Below, one piece after another: positions 11,220-21,263 of a stretch of 64,000 nt of DNA (positions are counted from its first letter, which is position 1; every line of letters starts with the position of its first letter). The DNA is taken from positions 3,844,001 through 3,908,000 of the forward strand of contig OZ361257.1 of NCBI GenBank assembly GCA_977018835.1. Direction: 5' to 3'. Origin of the DNA: Minutocellus sp. GHC0000111. Lineage: Eukaryota. The translations under genes and the position numbers were made by a program. The notes under the pieces are model-generated. The model saw nothing but the letters and a program-made list of their open reading frames with translations, had not been told where the DNA came from and did no database searches.

Positions 11220-12156
11220 TTTGCCAAGCGCTCAAGTTGCTGCAAGTCAATTGGTTGTGGCAACAACTCACCACGCATGCGCACTCTCGCCACAACAGAT
11301 TAGCCATCGTTCTCATCCTCGCCGCGCCGACGAAAGTTCAAAGCGTTCGATTTTGGATCGAATGAGTCGAGTCCATGCAACTGTACACTCCCGAAATAAT
11401 TTATGAGAAAATATTTGCACATGTTTGTGCGGGGAGTGGGGTTACCGCTTTACTCAGAGGTTATGAGCCAATGGTCCGCTGCTTGTTGTTATTGTTGTTT
11501 CAAGGTACGAGGACCATGACGGATGTTGCGGTGCTGTTGAGGCCTGGTGCGGAACTTTGGATCGATATAAGACAGATGGTTGGCAGTGCGAGCGCTATGA
11601 GATACGTTGGTTATGCGCGGCTGCGGATATCGGAAAATTGGGCAGGCGATCGACTTGCTTCAGAAGTTGATCAGCTGCTACCACCAACAAGCCACCGCCG
11701 TTACCGTGAGAAGGCTTCTTGCAGTGTTGGCGTCACAAAAGATTGACAAGAGTCTATCTTGAGCGTGCATCGGCGCATGTTGCAATCGGCTATGTGTGGT
11801 TGGTGGTACTGCTGGTTGCGGCAGGGATGTCCGACGCTCGTGATACGCTTCGAGCATGAATCGCTCGGCAGGTGACGGTTTCCGGAAACCAGAAAGCACC
11901 CGATGGACGTCTTGATCTACCTCCCTGCCACGATGAGCAAATTGGGGCAAGAAGATATCTCTGACAATGTTGTCGATGCGGCTGTTATGGCGTACGAGTA
12001 ATGCTGCTTAACCAGCGAAACTTTCCACTTTTCATGCCACTGTTCGATCTTCAACAATTTTTGCTCACATATCCTTCCCTACCTCTCTCATTCATATCGA
12101 ACCCCTCCAGACACAATCATTTGCTCTTATTTTTATACCCCAAAACACTCGCAACC

Positions 12157-12687
12157 ATGTCCGACGAGAAGAAGAACGTTATGAAGGAGATCAAGGTCGA
12201 CAAGATGGTCCTGAACTGCTGCGTCGGTGAGTCCGGCGATCGTCTCACCCGCGCCGCCCGTGTGCTCGAGCAGCTCACCGGCCAGCAGCCCGTCTACTCC
12301 AAGGCCCGCTACACCCTCCGTTCCTTCGGCATCCGCCGTAACGAGAAGATCGCGTGCCACGTCACCGTCCGCGGAGAGAAGGCCATGGAGATCCTCGAGC
12401 GTGGCCTCAAGGTCAAGGAGTACGAGCTCCTCCAGCAGAACTTCTCCGAGACCGGCAACTTCGGCTTCGGCATCAACGAGCACATCGACCTTGGTATCAA
12501 GTACGATCCCACCACCGGCATTTACGGCATGGACTTCTTCGTTTGTTTGACCCGCCCCGGTGCCCGCGTCGCCCGCCGCAAGGTCCGAAAGGGCCGCATC
12601 GGCCACCCCCACAAGATTACCAAGGAGGATGCCATCAAGTGGTTCCAGGACCGATTCGAGGGTGTTGTTCTTGCTAAGGCGCTTTAA
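12157..12687 (+). CDS. RPL11: 60S ribosomal protein L11 (uL5)
   Basis: [24 protein letters not shown] and [17 protein letters not shown] motifs; strong codon bias. Confidence 0.98.
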   Translation: MSDEKKNVMKEIKVDKMVLNCCVGESGDRLTRAARVLEQLTGQQPVYSKARYTLRSFGIRRNEKIACHVTVRGEKAMEILERGLKVKEYELLQQNFSETGNFGFGINEHIDLGIKYDPTTGIYGMDFFVCLTRPGARVARRKVRKGRIGHPHKITKEDAIKWFQDRFEGVVLAKAL

Positions 12688-12946
12688 GCATTGAAGCGCT
12701 TGTAATAAAAGTAAATGAAGGGACATATCCTGTGTACACATCATTTGTCTAGCTACGTAGTTGAAATTTGCACGGCTGACTACAGAAGACGAGATATTCT
12801 TGGATTTTGCACTTTCCAGCAGGCAGAGAGCAAAAGCTTCTTCAGATGAAGAAAACGAAAATGAAAATCATCCGAGAAAGAACACACGGGTTTGGGTCAA
12901 GCGAAACCTAATCTCATCGTTTTGGCCATTTAGATTCAATGCATCT

Positions 12947-14953
12947 ATGTTTCGACTTTGTTTCTCCACCCATTTCAGTTCCAATCTTCCTTCGCCAAGC
13001 TGTTTCAGACTCGACGGCCTCATCGACAGTAGCAGACGGGCCCAAACCAACATACATGCAAGTGATGCACGCATGAGTATGTCGACTGTGCCTTCTCAAC
13101 TGGAATTTAATCCACAAGAGGACGACTCGAGTTTTGTTTCGAGCAATGATCTGGGTATCACGCCACCAGAAGCAGAGAATGTGGCACCCCTCCGAGCAAT
13201 GCTCTTCATTGACGGTACCAATTTGTATTACTCCACATTTGGACGGCAGAGGGTGATTGGTCACAAATTCGGAAATGATTGGCCAAAAACGCATAAAATT
13301 GATTGGAACGAGTGGCCCCGGGTGATTTGCGAAGCTCTGCAGAAGCAGATATTCGAACAGGGGTGGTCAGCGCGACCGGTGGAGATTGTTCGAGCGTGCG
13401 TGTTCACTGCGTACAAGAAGAGCACCGGAAGGAAGTCCGATCGAGTGCAAATGTTTGAGGATATGAGCAATGCCGGCTACGACGTACACATTATGGAAGC
13501 AACAGGTGATGTCGAGAAGTGTGTTGACATTCAGTTGGCTACCGAAATTCTTCATTATGCCACCGTTCCAAAAGCGTATGATATCGCCATCCTTTTGTCT
13601 GGCGACAAGGACTTCCTTCCCGCTCTCATTCGAACGAGGCAAAAGGGCAAACGAGTTGCCATTGTTGCCTCCAAGGTGGGGTGCAATCAGGCATTTTTCG
13701 ACACACCAAACATTAAAGACTTTGATATGATTTTCTGGGATGATTACTTGGACCGTCTTGTCAAGCCTTTGACCAACGTGGAGCTGGAAATGAGAAAGTC
13801 GGCAGGAGAAGTTTCAGATTTCATCTTTGCAAAGCTACTACGAGATATGATTAAGCAGTTTGGTGATGAACAAAAGCAAATATCCTCTCGCGATATTGGC
13901 AGATGTTTGAAACAGGTGCCATTCGCTGACTCCAATATGCTGGAATTGATGAAGGAAAGCCACAGATCAATTCGACTATTTCTTCAAGAAAAGGTACCAG
14001 ATATGTTCACCTTTCATGAAAGACCCTGGGACACCGAGGCACAGGACTTTGAATTTTGGCTTGGCCTAGCTGACAATGCAGACTCTCTTCTAGCGGACTT
14101 GGCGAAGAAGACAGAGTTTTCAGATTTAGAGAAGGAATTCCTTCGAGAGTATCTGGCCTCGAGGCAGGATACCAAAAATACTGACGCCGAATCAGTTGAA
14201 GAGCAGCCTCTCGAGCTTCCTTCAGATCTTACTGTAGATTATTCCACATTCAAGGTCACCGAGCTCAAGGAAAGATGTAGAGAACGCGGCCTACCTGTCT
14301 CCGGAACAAAGGCCGTATTACTCGAAAGGGTTCAGGCCGATGTTGAAGAAGAGAAGAATCGTTTGGAGGAGGAGCATAAGGAAAATATGCGAAAACAAGG
14401 CACTATTCGGCCTGTACCTACCGCTCGACTCAATTTCCAGCCCAGCTTCCAAATGGAATTGGAAAAATACGATACAGAGAACATTGATCCTGCCGTTAAA
14501 GACCATCTGATAGCTTTGATAAAAGAGTATCTTCAGGCATCTGGAGGTAGGGCCGGCAGTAGAGATATTGGGAGATATCTCGCCGTCAACAAGGCCTTCG
14601 ACACCGAAAATTATATGACTGCACTCCAAGAGATGAAGAAGCACTACGGCAGCTTTGTGACATTCATCATGGCAAATTGCGATACCTTCTCTAGAGGAAA
14701 GCAACACCTTACTCCGGAAGGGAAAGAATACGGCTTTCCTGTCTGGGAAAGAAAGGAGGGCAACGTTTTGTTGGGACGCAGTGCTTACATGGAAGACATC
14801 CCCCCTCCTCCAAGCAGATTCCCCCGCGGGCGATCAGGGCAGCGTCGACGATATAGTGGCGGTCGAGGTCGAGGTCCAGGTCGAGGTCCAGGCCGAGGTC
14901 AAGGCCGAGGTCAAGGCCGAGGGCCTGGTCGGGGTCGATATCGATACTACTAG
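12947..14953 (+). CDS. NYN (LabA/DUF88, PIN-like) ribonuclease with SAP domain, two SRDIGR helical repeats and an RG-rich tail; start uncertain
   Basis: FIDGTNLYY, EKCVDIQL and LLSGDKDF catalytic motifs; SAP consensus FKVTELKERCRERGLPVSGTKAVLLERV; C-terminal (GRG[P/Q])n. Confidence 0.88.
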   Translation: MFRLCFSTHFSSNLPSPSCFRLDGLIDSSRRAQTNIHASDARMSMSTVPSQLEFNPQEDDSSFVSSNDLGITPPEAENVAPLRAMLFIDGTNLYYSTFGRQRVIGHKFGNDWPKTHKIDWNEWPRVICEALQKQIFEQGWSARPVEIVRACVFTAYKKSTGRKSDRVQMFEDMSNAGYDVHIMEATGDVEKCVDIQLATEILHYATVPKAYDIAILLSGDKDFLPALIRTRQKGKRVAIVASKVGCNQAFFDTPNIKDFDMIFWDDYLDRLVKPLTNVELEMRKSAGEVSDFIFAKLLRDMIKQFGDEQKQISSRDIGRCLKQVPFADSNMLELMKESHRSIRLFLQEKVPDMFTFHERPWDTEAQDFEFWLGLADNADSLLADLAKKTEFSDLEKEFLREYLASRQDTKNTDAESVEEQPLELPSDLTVDYSTFKVTELKERCRERGLPVSGTKAVLLERVQADVEEEKNRLEEEHKENMRKQGTIRPVPTARLNFQPSFQMELEKYDTENIDPAVKDHLIALIKEYLQASGGRAGSRDIGRYLAVNKAFDTENYMTALQEMKKHYGSFVTFIMANCDTFSRGKQHLTPEGKEYGFPVWERKEGNVLLGRSAYMEDIPPPPSRFPRGRSGQRRRYSGGRGRGPGRGPGRGQGRGQGRGPGRGRYRYY

Positions 14954-15070
14954 TAGCTAGCTGATAAGAATAAATAGCAATATGTTCGCTTGACTTTTCA
15001 CTACCACACACTGTGCGATCGTACCCCTATTCATCTTGTCATTATGAGTAGCTCATCTACTATTAAATAA

Positions 15071-17454
15071 TTAATTAGTATACACTTCCATTAGTCTTCG
15101 GACCATTCGCTCACCTGCGCAAGATCCGTCGGTGTCCTTGCTCACGTAGCAGAACTTGTTGAAGCTTGCGAAGCACCAGTTATTGGCAGCAAGGGAGGTA
15201 AAGACAATGATCAGACATCCAGCAGTTGCCAAAGCAATGATCGTAGCAAGGATGCAAATGAGGAGACTGGCTTTCCCGGTCTTCTTAACGTAAGAGTCAA
15301 TGTACTTCTTCCCAATATACGCGCCGCAAAGACAGATGCAGAAGAAGAAGACCGCGTAGGACCAAGGAACAAGACCCGACGTAACGAACATGATGGCGAC
15401 ACTGGAACTGGTGAGGACAATCATAGTTGCGGTGGTAGCGGTCGATACACGGGGGTGGATGCCCATGATCAACATGAGAGGTCCAAGGACCATGCCGCCA
15501 CCAATACCGATGAGACCGGCAACAACACCTGCCACAAATGTAAAAGCTGAGTAGAAACGGACCTTCTGGAAGTCCCAGATGACATCGTGGGGCTGGTACG
15601 GGTAGCGGACGGCATCTTTCTGCTTCTTCTGGAGAAGCTTGTACGCGTAGAGGCTGGCGAAACCAAGAGTCCAAAGGAACTGGAAGGCAATGAGAACACC
15701 GAACCAGGGGGACTCGCATGTAATGCCAACAAGAGACTCGACACCCTTGCCGCCCTTGAGGAAGGTGATGATGATAAGACCAATCCAAAGAATGAGCAGA
15801 GCCAGGAGCTTCTCCCGTGGGTACTGACGAGCATCTTCCTCAAGATACTGGATACGAAGCTTGTGTTCCTCAATCATATTGACATCATCAACGACCTTCT
15901 CCTCCTCATCCTCAAAGGTTTCGTCCTTCTTCTCTGCCTCATCGGCATCAGCAGTTCCGCTGGGAGACTCATTGTCATCCGTGTTCTCTCCAGTAAGTTC
16001 GACAGTGCCAATGTGAAGAGCTACCGACGCCTAGTTCCTTCTTGGCCTTCTTCGCCTCCTCCTTCTCTTTCTTCTTGGCAGCCTCAGCCTTCTCCTTGGA
16101 GCGGGTGGCAAAGAATTTCTTGTATGTCTTGTAGCTGGTAAATCCCAGTATGACGGAGGCAATCATGAGATAGAGCCAGTTTGGGAGGATGGCCTGGATG
16201 AGCTTACCAAGGACAGCGCCGGCCATCTCCATGGGAGCAAGGAAGAGGGCCATGTCGTAGTCGATGAGAGGACGGGTGTAGTACTTGACGCCGCTGTGCA
16301 TGGAATAACGGAGGGAGAAGGCGCGGTTGGCAACGTATTCGGCATCGGGCTCCTCATCCTCGTCCTCGTCGTCATCCTCGGGGGGCAGGACGATGTTGCC
16401 GTCGGCATCACGCTGGCAGGGATAGTCACGAATCTTCTTATTGGGGTGCTTGGCACGGATGTTGATCAAAAGTCCTCCCAAACTGGCACCGAAGATACTG
16501 GCCTGGGACAGACCGGAGGCTGGCTTGGGTGCAAACTGCAGAAGGAGGATGCCGAGGGGGACGTAGATACCCCCTCCACCAACACCGCAGGCCGTGGCAA
16601 CACCAGCGGCACAGAACCAAACGAAGGTGCCGACAATGTCATTCCATAGGTAGTGGTAATCGTCGTCGTCGCTACCGGCACCGAAGAGCTTGCGATTGAT
16701 GCACTGATTGTTAATCTTGTCTGCAAATACATACATGTAAGAGAAAGGTACGGAGGGCAAATGAGTGATGTAAGATATGTTTACATGATATAAGAAATGC
16801 GGCATATGTGTGACTATGATATCCCCTGTGACTTTTGAGCAATCAGTGCCCAGCAAAGAGAAAACACAGGCAGAATCGAAACCACTCCATTTTGTTCCAA
16901 AAGTCGGACTATTTCTCCGATGCGGGTAGACGTTAGAAGAATGAGAACGAAAGGATTCATTCCTTTTCCGATGACGAAAGCTGGGATCGATCTGGATTCT
17001 CCCTCCCAACTGCCCAGCCATATAATTGCAAACAATCTAGCATGACTTGGTTGTACTCCCTTGCACTTCAAGCATATGTGCTGGACAAAAGCAGGGGTCA
17101 TTGGAAACGAACAATCGAATCACCAAGCGTGTCTCTTGTCCATGGCGCACGCTTTCATATTTCCAGCTTTCACATCGACTTTCCAGCACACCATGTGCTC
17201 CTTTCTCCTAAAGCATTTGATTGAGCAAAGAACTCACCAGTGTTGAGGAAGCCATCGCAGGCCAGGCAGTCGGTCACCTCGATGCCACCGCAGTTGGGGC
17301 AGTAGAAGGTCTGTCCCTCGGTGGCGCAGCTGTCTCCGTAGCCCGCGAGGAGCCGTTCAAATGCGGCAAGGTCGGTGGTGGCGCTGCTCCCACTGGCAGA
17401 GGCCGAAGCCAGGCACGCGAACAACGCGCACAGCAAGACGAAGAGCGATCTCAT
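15071..17454 (-). CDS. Sulfite exporter TauE/SafE family membrane protein; exons 17454-17238 and 16720-15071, 1-nt frameshift near 16025
   Basis: Two GVGGGG/GIGGG repeats and IDYDMALFLAPM; GT-AG intron 17237-16721 joins FLNT/DKINNQC in frame; signal peptide plus a Cys-rich N-terminus. Confidence 0.88.
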
Positions 17455-17834
17455 CTTGTCGTGGAAACAAGAGAGGTGTGTTGTTATTGTTGACTTCAAC
17501 TCCACTTCAACAACAATGACCAGATCGAATTGTTATTGCTGGGCGCACTTGACTTGAAAAATTTCACGGCCACGCTGACATGTCTTTCCGACCGACGAAG
17601 GCCAGAGCACTCCATTTCGATCGATTTTGTTCCAATCTGACACATCGCCCGATGACGTTTCCTGGAATTAATACGTAAATTACAAAGAAGATTGTTATCA
17701 AACCAATATTCGTATTCATGGCACGTGGCGGGCTTTTGCTGAATCTTCGCGCCTGGCGATGGCATCACTTTTCTCTTTCCACCGTCTTTGGTGCTACATG
17801 TACTCCATCTCCTCCATCCAATAGATATACAACC

Positions 17835-19812
17835 ATGAGCGACGAATGGGATGTCAAGATCTGCTGCATGGGCGCCGGCTACGTCGGAGGCCCGACCATG
17901 GCCGTGATTGCCAAGCAGTGCCCCAAGGTACGACCCTACCATCACCACCGGGAGGCAATTGATTTTTTTTGAGTCAGGGACATTGCCGCTCTGCATCTCG
18001 AGGCAATTTGGGGCAATAAGTGGGAAGCAAATTAGGAAACAATTCACATGGAGTGGGTGGCAGGAATCGATCACAATCGATCGAACATACTCGGCATGGC
18101 AGTGGCTAATGCTGGAGTAACGGTTCAACAAACGAAACCCAACAAAACTGGCACATGTATTATTGTGGCGCGCAATGCGGGCATTTTGCCGGCCGTCATT
18201 TGATTCGAACGATTTATTTGCTTAGGGAGAATGCTGCACGGAACAGGCTACAGATACCAGCTGGCTGCAAATACAAATGAAAATAAACTCCCAGTGTGAT
18301 ATGGATGGGTCGACCTCGGGACTTTTGCATGCATGTTTTTCACATATCACATTATCGCTCTCGTCATTACTAACGCATTTATTTTCATTTATTTTTGTGC
18401 ATCCGGCAATTGCATTGCGCATTACTCGCCATAACACCCAAAACTACTTGCTCGGCACTTAACTATAATCACGACAGGTCCGTGTTTGCGTCGTGGATCT
18501 TTCCCAGAAGCAGATCGATGCCTGGAACAGCGACAATCTGCCCATCTACGAGCCCGGTCTGCCCGAGGTCGTTCAGAAGTGCCGCGGTCGCAACCTGTTC
18601 TTCTCGACCGACATTGACAACGAGATCAACAAGGCCGACATCGTCTTCATCTCCGTCAACACCCCGACCAAGACGCAGGGCATCGGTGCCGGACGTGCCG
18701 CCAACATCAAGAACTGCGAGCTCTGCGCCCGTAAGATTGCCGAGGTTTCCACCTCCGACAAGATCGTCGTGGAGAAATCGACCGTCCCCGTCCGTACCGC
18801 CGAGGCCGTCAGCCGCGTCCTCAAGGTCAACGAGAAGGGACTCAAGTTCCAGGTCCTGTCCAACCCGGAGTTCCTCGCCGAGGGTACCGCCATTGACGAC
18901 CTCATGAAGCCCGACCGCGTCCTCATCGGTGGGCAGCAGACCCCCGAGGGCCTGGCCGCTGCCGAGAAGCTCGTCAGCGTCTACGCCAACTGGGTCGACC
19001 GGGACAACATCCTGACCACCAACCTCTGGTCTTCGGAGCTGTCCAAGCTCGTTGCCAACGCCTTCCTCGCCCAGCGCGTGTCGTCCATCAACTCGATCTC
19101 GGCCCTCTGCGAGGCCACCGGCGCCGACGTGTCCGAGATCAGCCGCGCCGTCGGCAAGGACGACCGCATCGGCCGCCGCTTCCTCCAGGCCTCCGTCGGC
19201 TTCGGCGGCTCCTGCTTCCAGAAGGACATCCTCAACCTCGTCTACCTCTGCGAGACCTACGGCCTCGACGAGTGCGCCGCCTACTGGAACCAGGTCATCC
19301 TCATGAACAACTACCAGAAGAAGCGCTTCTCGGAGAAGATGGTGGCCAAGATGTTCAACACCGCCACCGGCAAGAAGGTGGCCATCCTCGGATATGCCTT
19401 CAAGAAGGACACCGGCGACGTCCGCGAGACCCCGTCGATGTTCGTCGTCCGCGATCTGCTCCAGGAGGGGGCCAAGATCCACGTCTTCGACCCCCAGGTC
19501 AAGCGCGAGGACATGTGGATCGAGATGGACTACACCTGCGGCGTCAACAAGGACAACACCCCCGGCCTCGAGGATGCCGTCACCACCTGCACGGACCCCT
19601 ATGAGGCCTGCAACGGCGCGCACGCCCTGGCCGTCCTGACCGAGTGGGACGAGTTCAAGGCCTACGACTATGAGAAGATCTATGCCTCCATGTCCAAGCC
19701 GGCCTTCATTTTCGACGGACGGAACATCCTCGACCACGACGCCCTGCGAAAGATTGGCTTCGAGGTCCATGCCATTGGCCACCCCGACCCCAACGAGTTC
19801 GATGACCTGTAA
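17835..19812 (+). CDS. UGD: UDP-glucose 6-dehydrogenase; exons 17835-17927 and 18478-19812
   Basis: [13 protein letters not shown]ossmann motif, SNPEFLAEG and [10 protein letters not shown]; phase-0 GT-AG intron 17928-18477. Confidence 0.97.
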
Positions 19813-20107
19813 AGCGCCTGGCCTACTTTTTGATTGAATGAATTCTTTGGTCATTGATTGGGGGTTTAGAATACAACATATCAGTTTTGAGCCGTGTGGA
19901 AGCAAGAAAGTATGTCACGTCATTCGCGCATACTTCGGGTTGAGATGGACACATGCATCATAGTTTGAAGCATTTTCGGATCACATTAAGATCAAGAGAT
20001 GAATGTATTGAATGGAAGGAAAGAGAGAAGATAAGAGAAAGAGAAAAATATAGAAACAAAAAACTTTACTCTAGAGAATTATATCAGAAATTGCAGATGC
20101 CGGCATG

Positions 20108-21073
20108 CTAGTGCAGCAAAAGCTGCAGGAACCGCGGCAGTGCTCCTACGTCAGATACTATCATATGGGCCCCAGTCTTCATCAGTTGCTGCCTTTCACC
20201 GCTACCGCTCAGTACGCCGATGCACAGACCAGCTCCTGCGTTCCGTGCCATGCCCGTATCGGCGATTGTATCGCCCACAACAATGCATTCTTGTGGTTCT
20301 AATCCGGCTTGTTTGCATAATTGCAGGAGTGGATCGGGACTCGGCTTGCCATTGGTGACCTCGTCCCCACAAATGGAATAATTCACCAACGAAGCGATGT
20401 TCCAATGACCCAGGGCAGCATCTGTCGATTTGCGATCGTCGGAGGCACACACTGCTACAATGAGATCGTGTGATTGGCATGTCTGGATAACCGCGGGTAG
20501 ATTATCAATAATTGGCGCATCGTTGGAATGGAGGGATCCGATCTCGGCATGCCACGATGCCACCTTATCGAGAATTTCTCTACATCTCGTCGAGTTGTTT
20601 CCAATCGCATCCGTCAGATTTTCGGCAAACTCTTCCAATGTTTCCTCCCAAGTTCCAGAAGCCAAAAGAGCAGAAGGTAGAATATTTCGTTTTTGGTAGT
20701 CCCAGCCGATGGCAGAGTGGATTTTCGAAAGACATTGGTCGATATCATTTGTAGACAAGTCACAATGCGATTGTAGCAGCTCAGCGCGGGCTCGGCTGGT
20801 CATCTCCTCGGCCCATCGACGGAGGGAGTCACGATCGTTGCCCAGGGTGCCGTCCTTGTCAAAGACAATCATCCTGAATCTTTTGATGCGTGTAGAGGAA
20901 TTCTCGTTGGGAGGGCCAATGTAGCCCGAAACATCGTCAAAAAGGACATTGACCTTCTTCTCTTTGCCGACATCGACATCGTCGATGTTGAGAGGGCGAA
21001 GGACGTCGTGCTTGGGGATTGTTTCATCGGCGCCAGCATTCTCAGATGGTCTGTTCAGAACCAACGAATCCAT
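20108..21073 (-). CDS. HAD-superfamily hydrolase (phosphoglycolate phosphatase-like)
   Basis: FDKDGTL (motif I), GKPSPDP (motif III), VVGDTIAD (motif IV). Confidence 0.9.
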   Translation of the reverse strand: MDSLVLNRPSENAGADETIPKHDVLRPLNIDDVDVGKEKKVNVLFDDVSGYIGPPNENSSTRIKRFRMIVFDKDGTLGNDRDSLRRWAEEMTSRARAELLQSHCDLSTNDIDQCLSKIHSAIGWDYQKRNILPSALLASGTWEETLEEFAENLTDAIGNNSTRCREILDKVASWHAEIGSLHSNDAPIIDNLPAVIQTCQSHDLIVAVCASDDRKSTDAALGHWNIASLVNYSICGDEVTNGKPSPDPLLQLCKQAGLEPQECIVVGDTIADTGMARNAGAGLCIGVLSGSGERQQLMKTGAHMIVSDVGALPRFLQLLLH

Positions 21074-21263
21074 GGTATTGGTTATGCTTTGAAGAAGGAA
21101 ACAAGGTAATGCAAGTTCTCGTGTTCTTTGCATTGCTCCTCGATCGATTCAAAAGATTCGCTTGGAATGATGCTGCCCTTTCCTCATGTGGGATCTGGCA
21201 CTAACAGCGGAGAAGATTACGTCCCAAAGAAAGGCCTGAAACCTGACGCTGCTGCGACCATCT

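Noticed and set aside
12001..12156. N-terminal extensions in the ORF track for RPL11 (also SUCLG1 37025 and sulfotransferase 39808)
   Set aside because: Conserved or plausible sequence starts at downstream ATGs; the extensions look like open 5' UTR or promoter.
16211..16221. GGACAGCGCC as the missing right TIR of the 31.5-kb element
   Set aside because: It lies inside the TauE coding exon, on the wrong side, with no TTAA.
18469..19905. Long antisense ORFs over UGD (also over RPL11, SUCLG1, myosin and S41)
   Set aside because: Expected shadow ORFs from strong GC3 codon bias on the coding strand.
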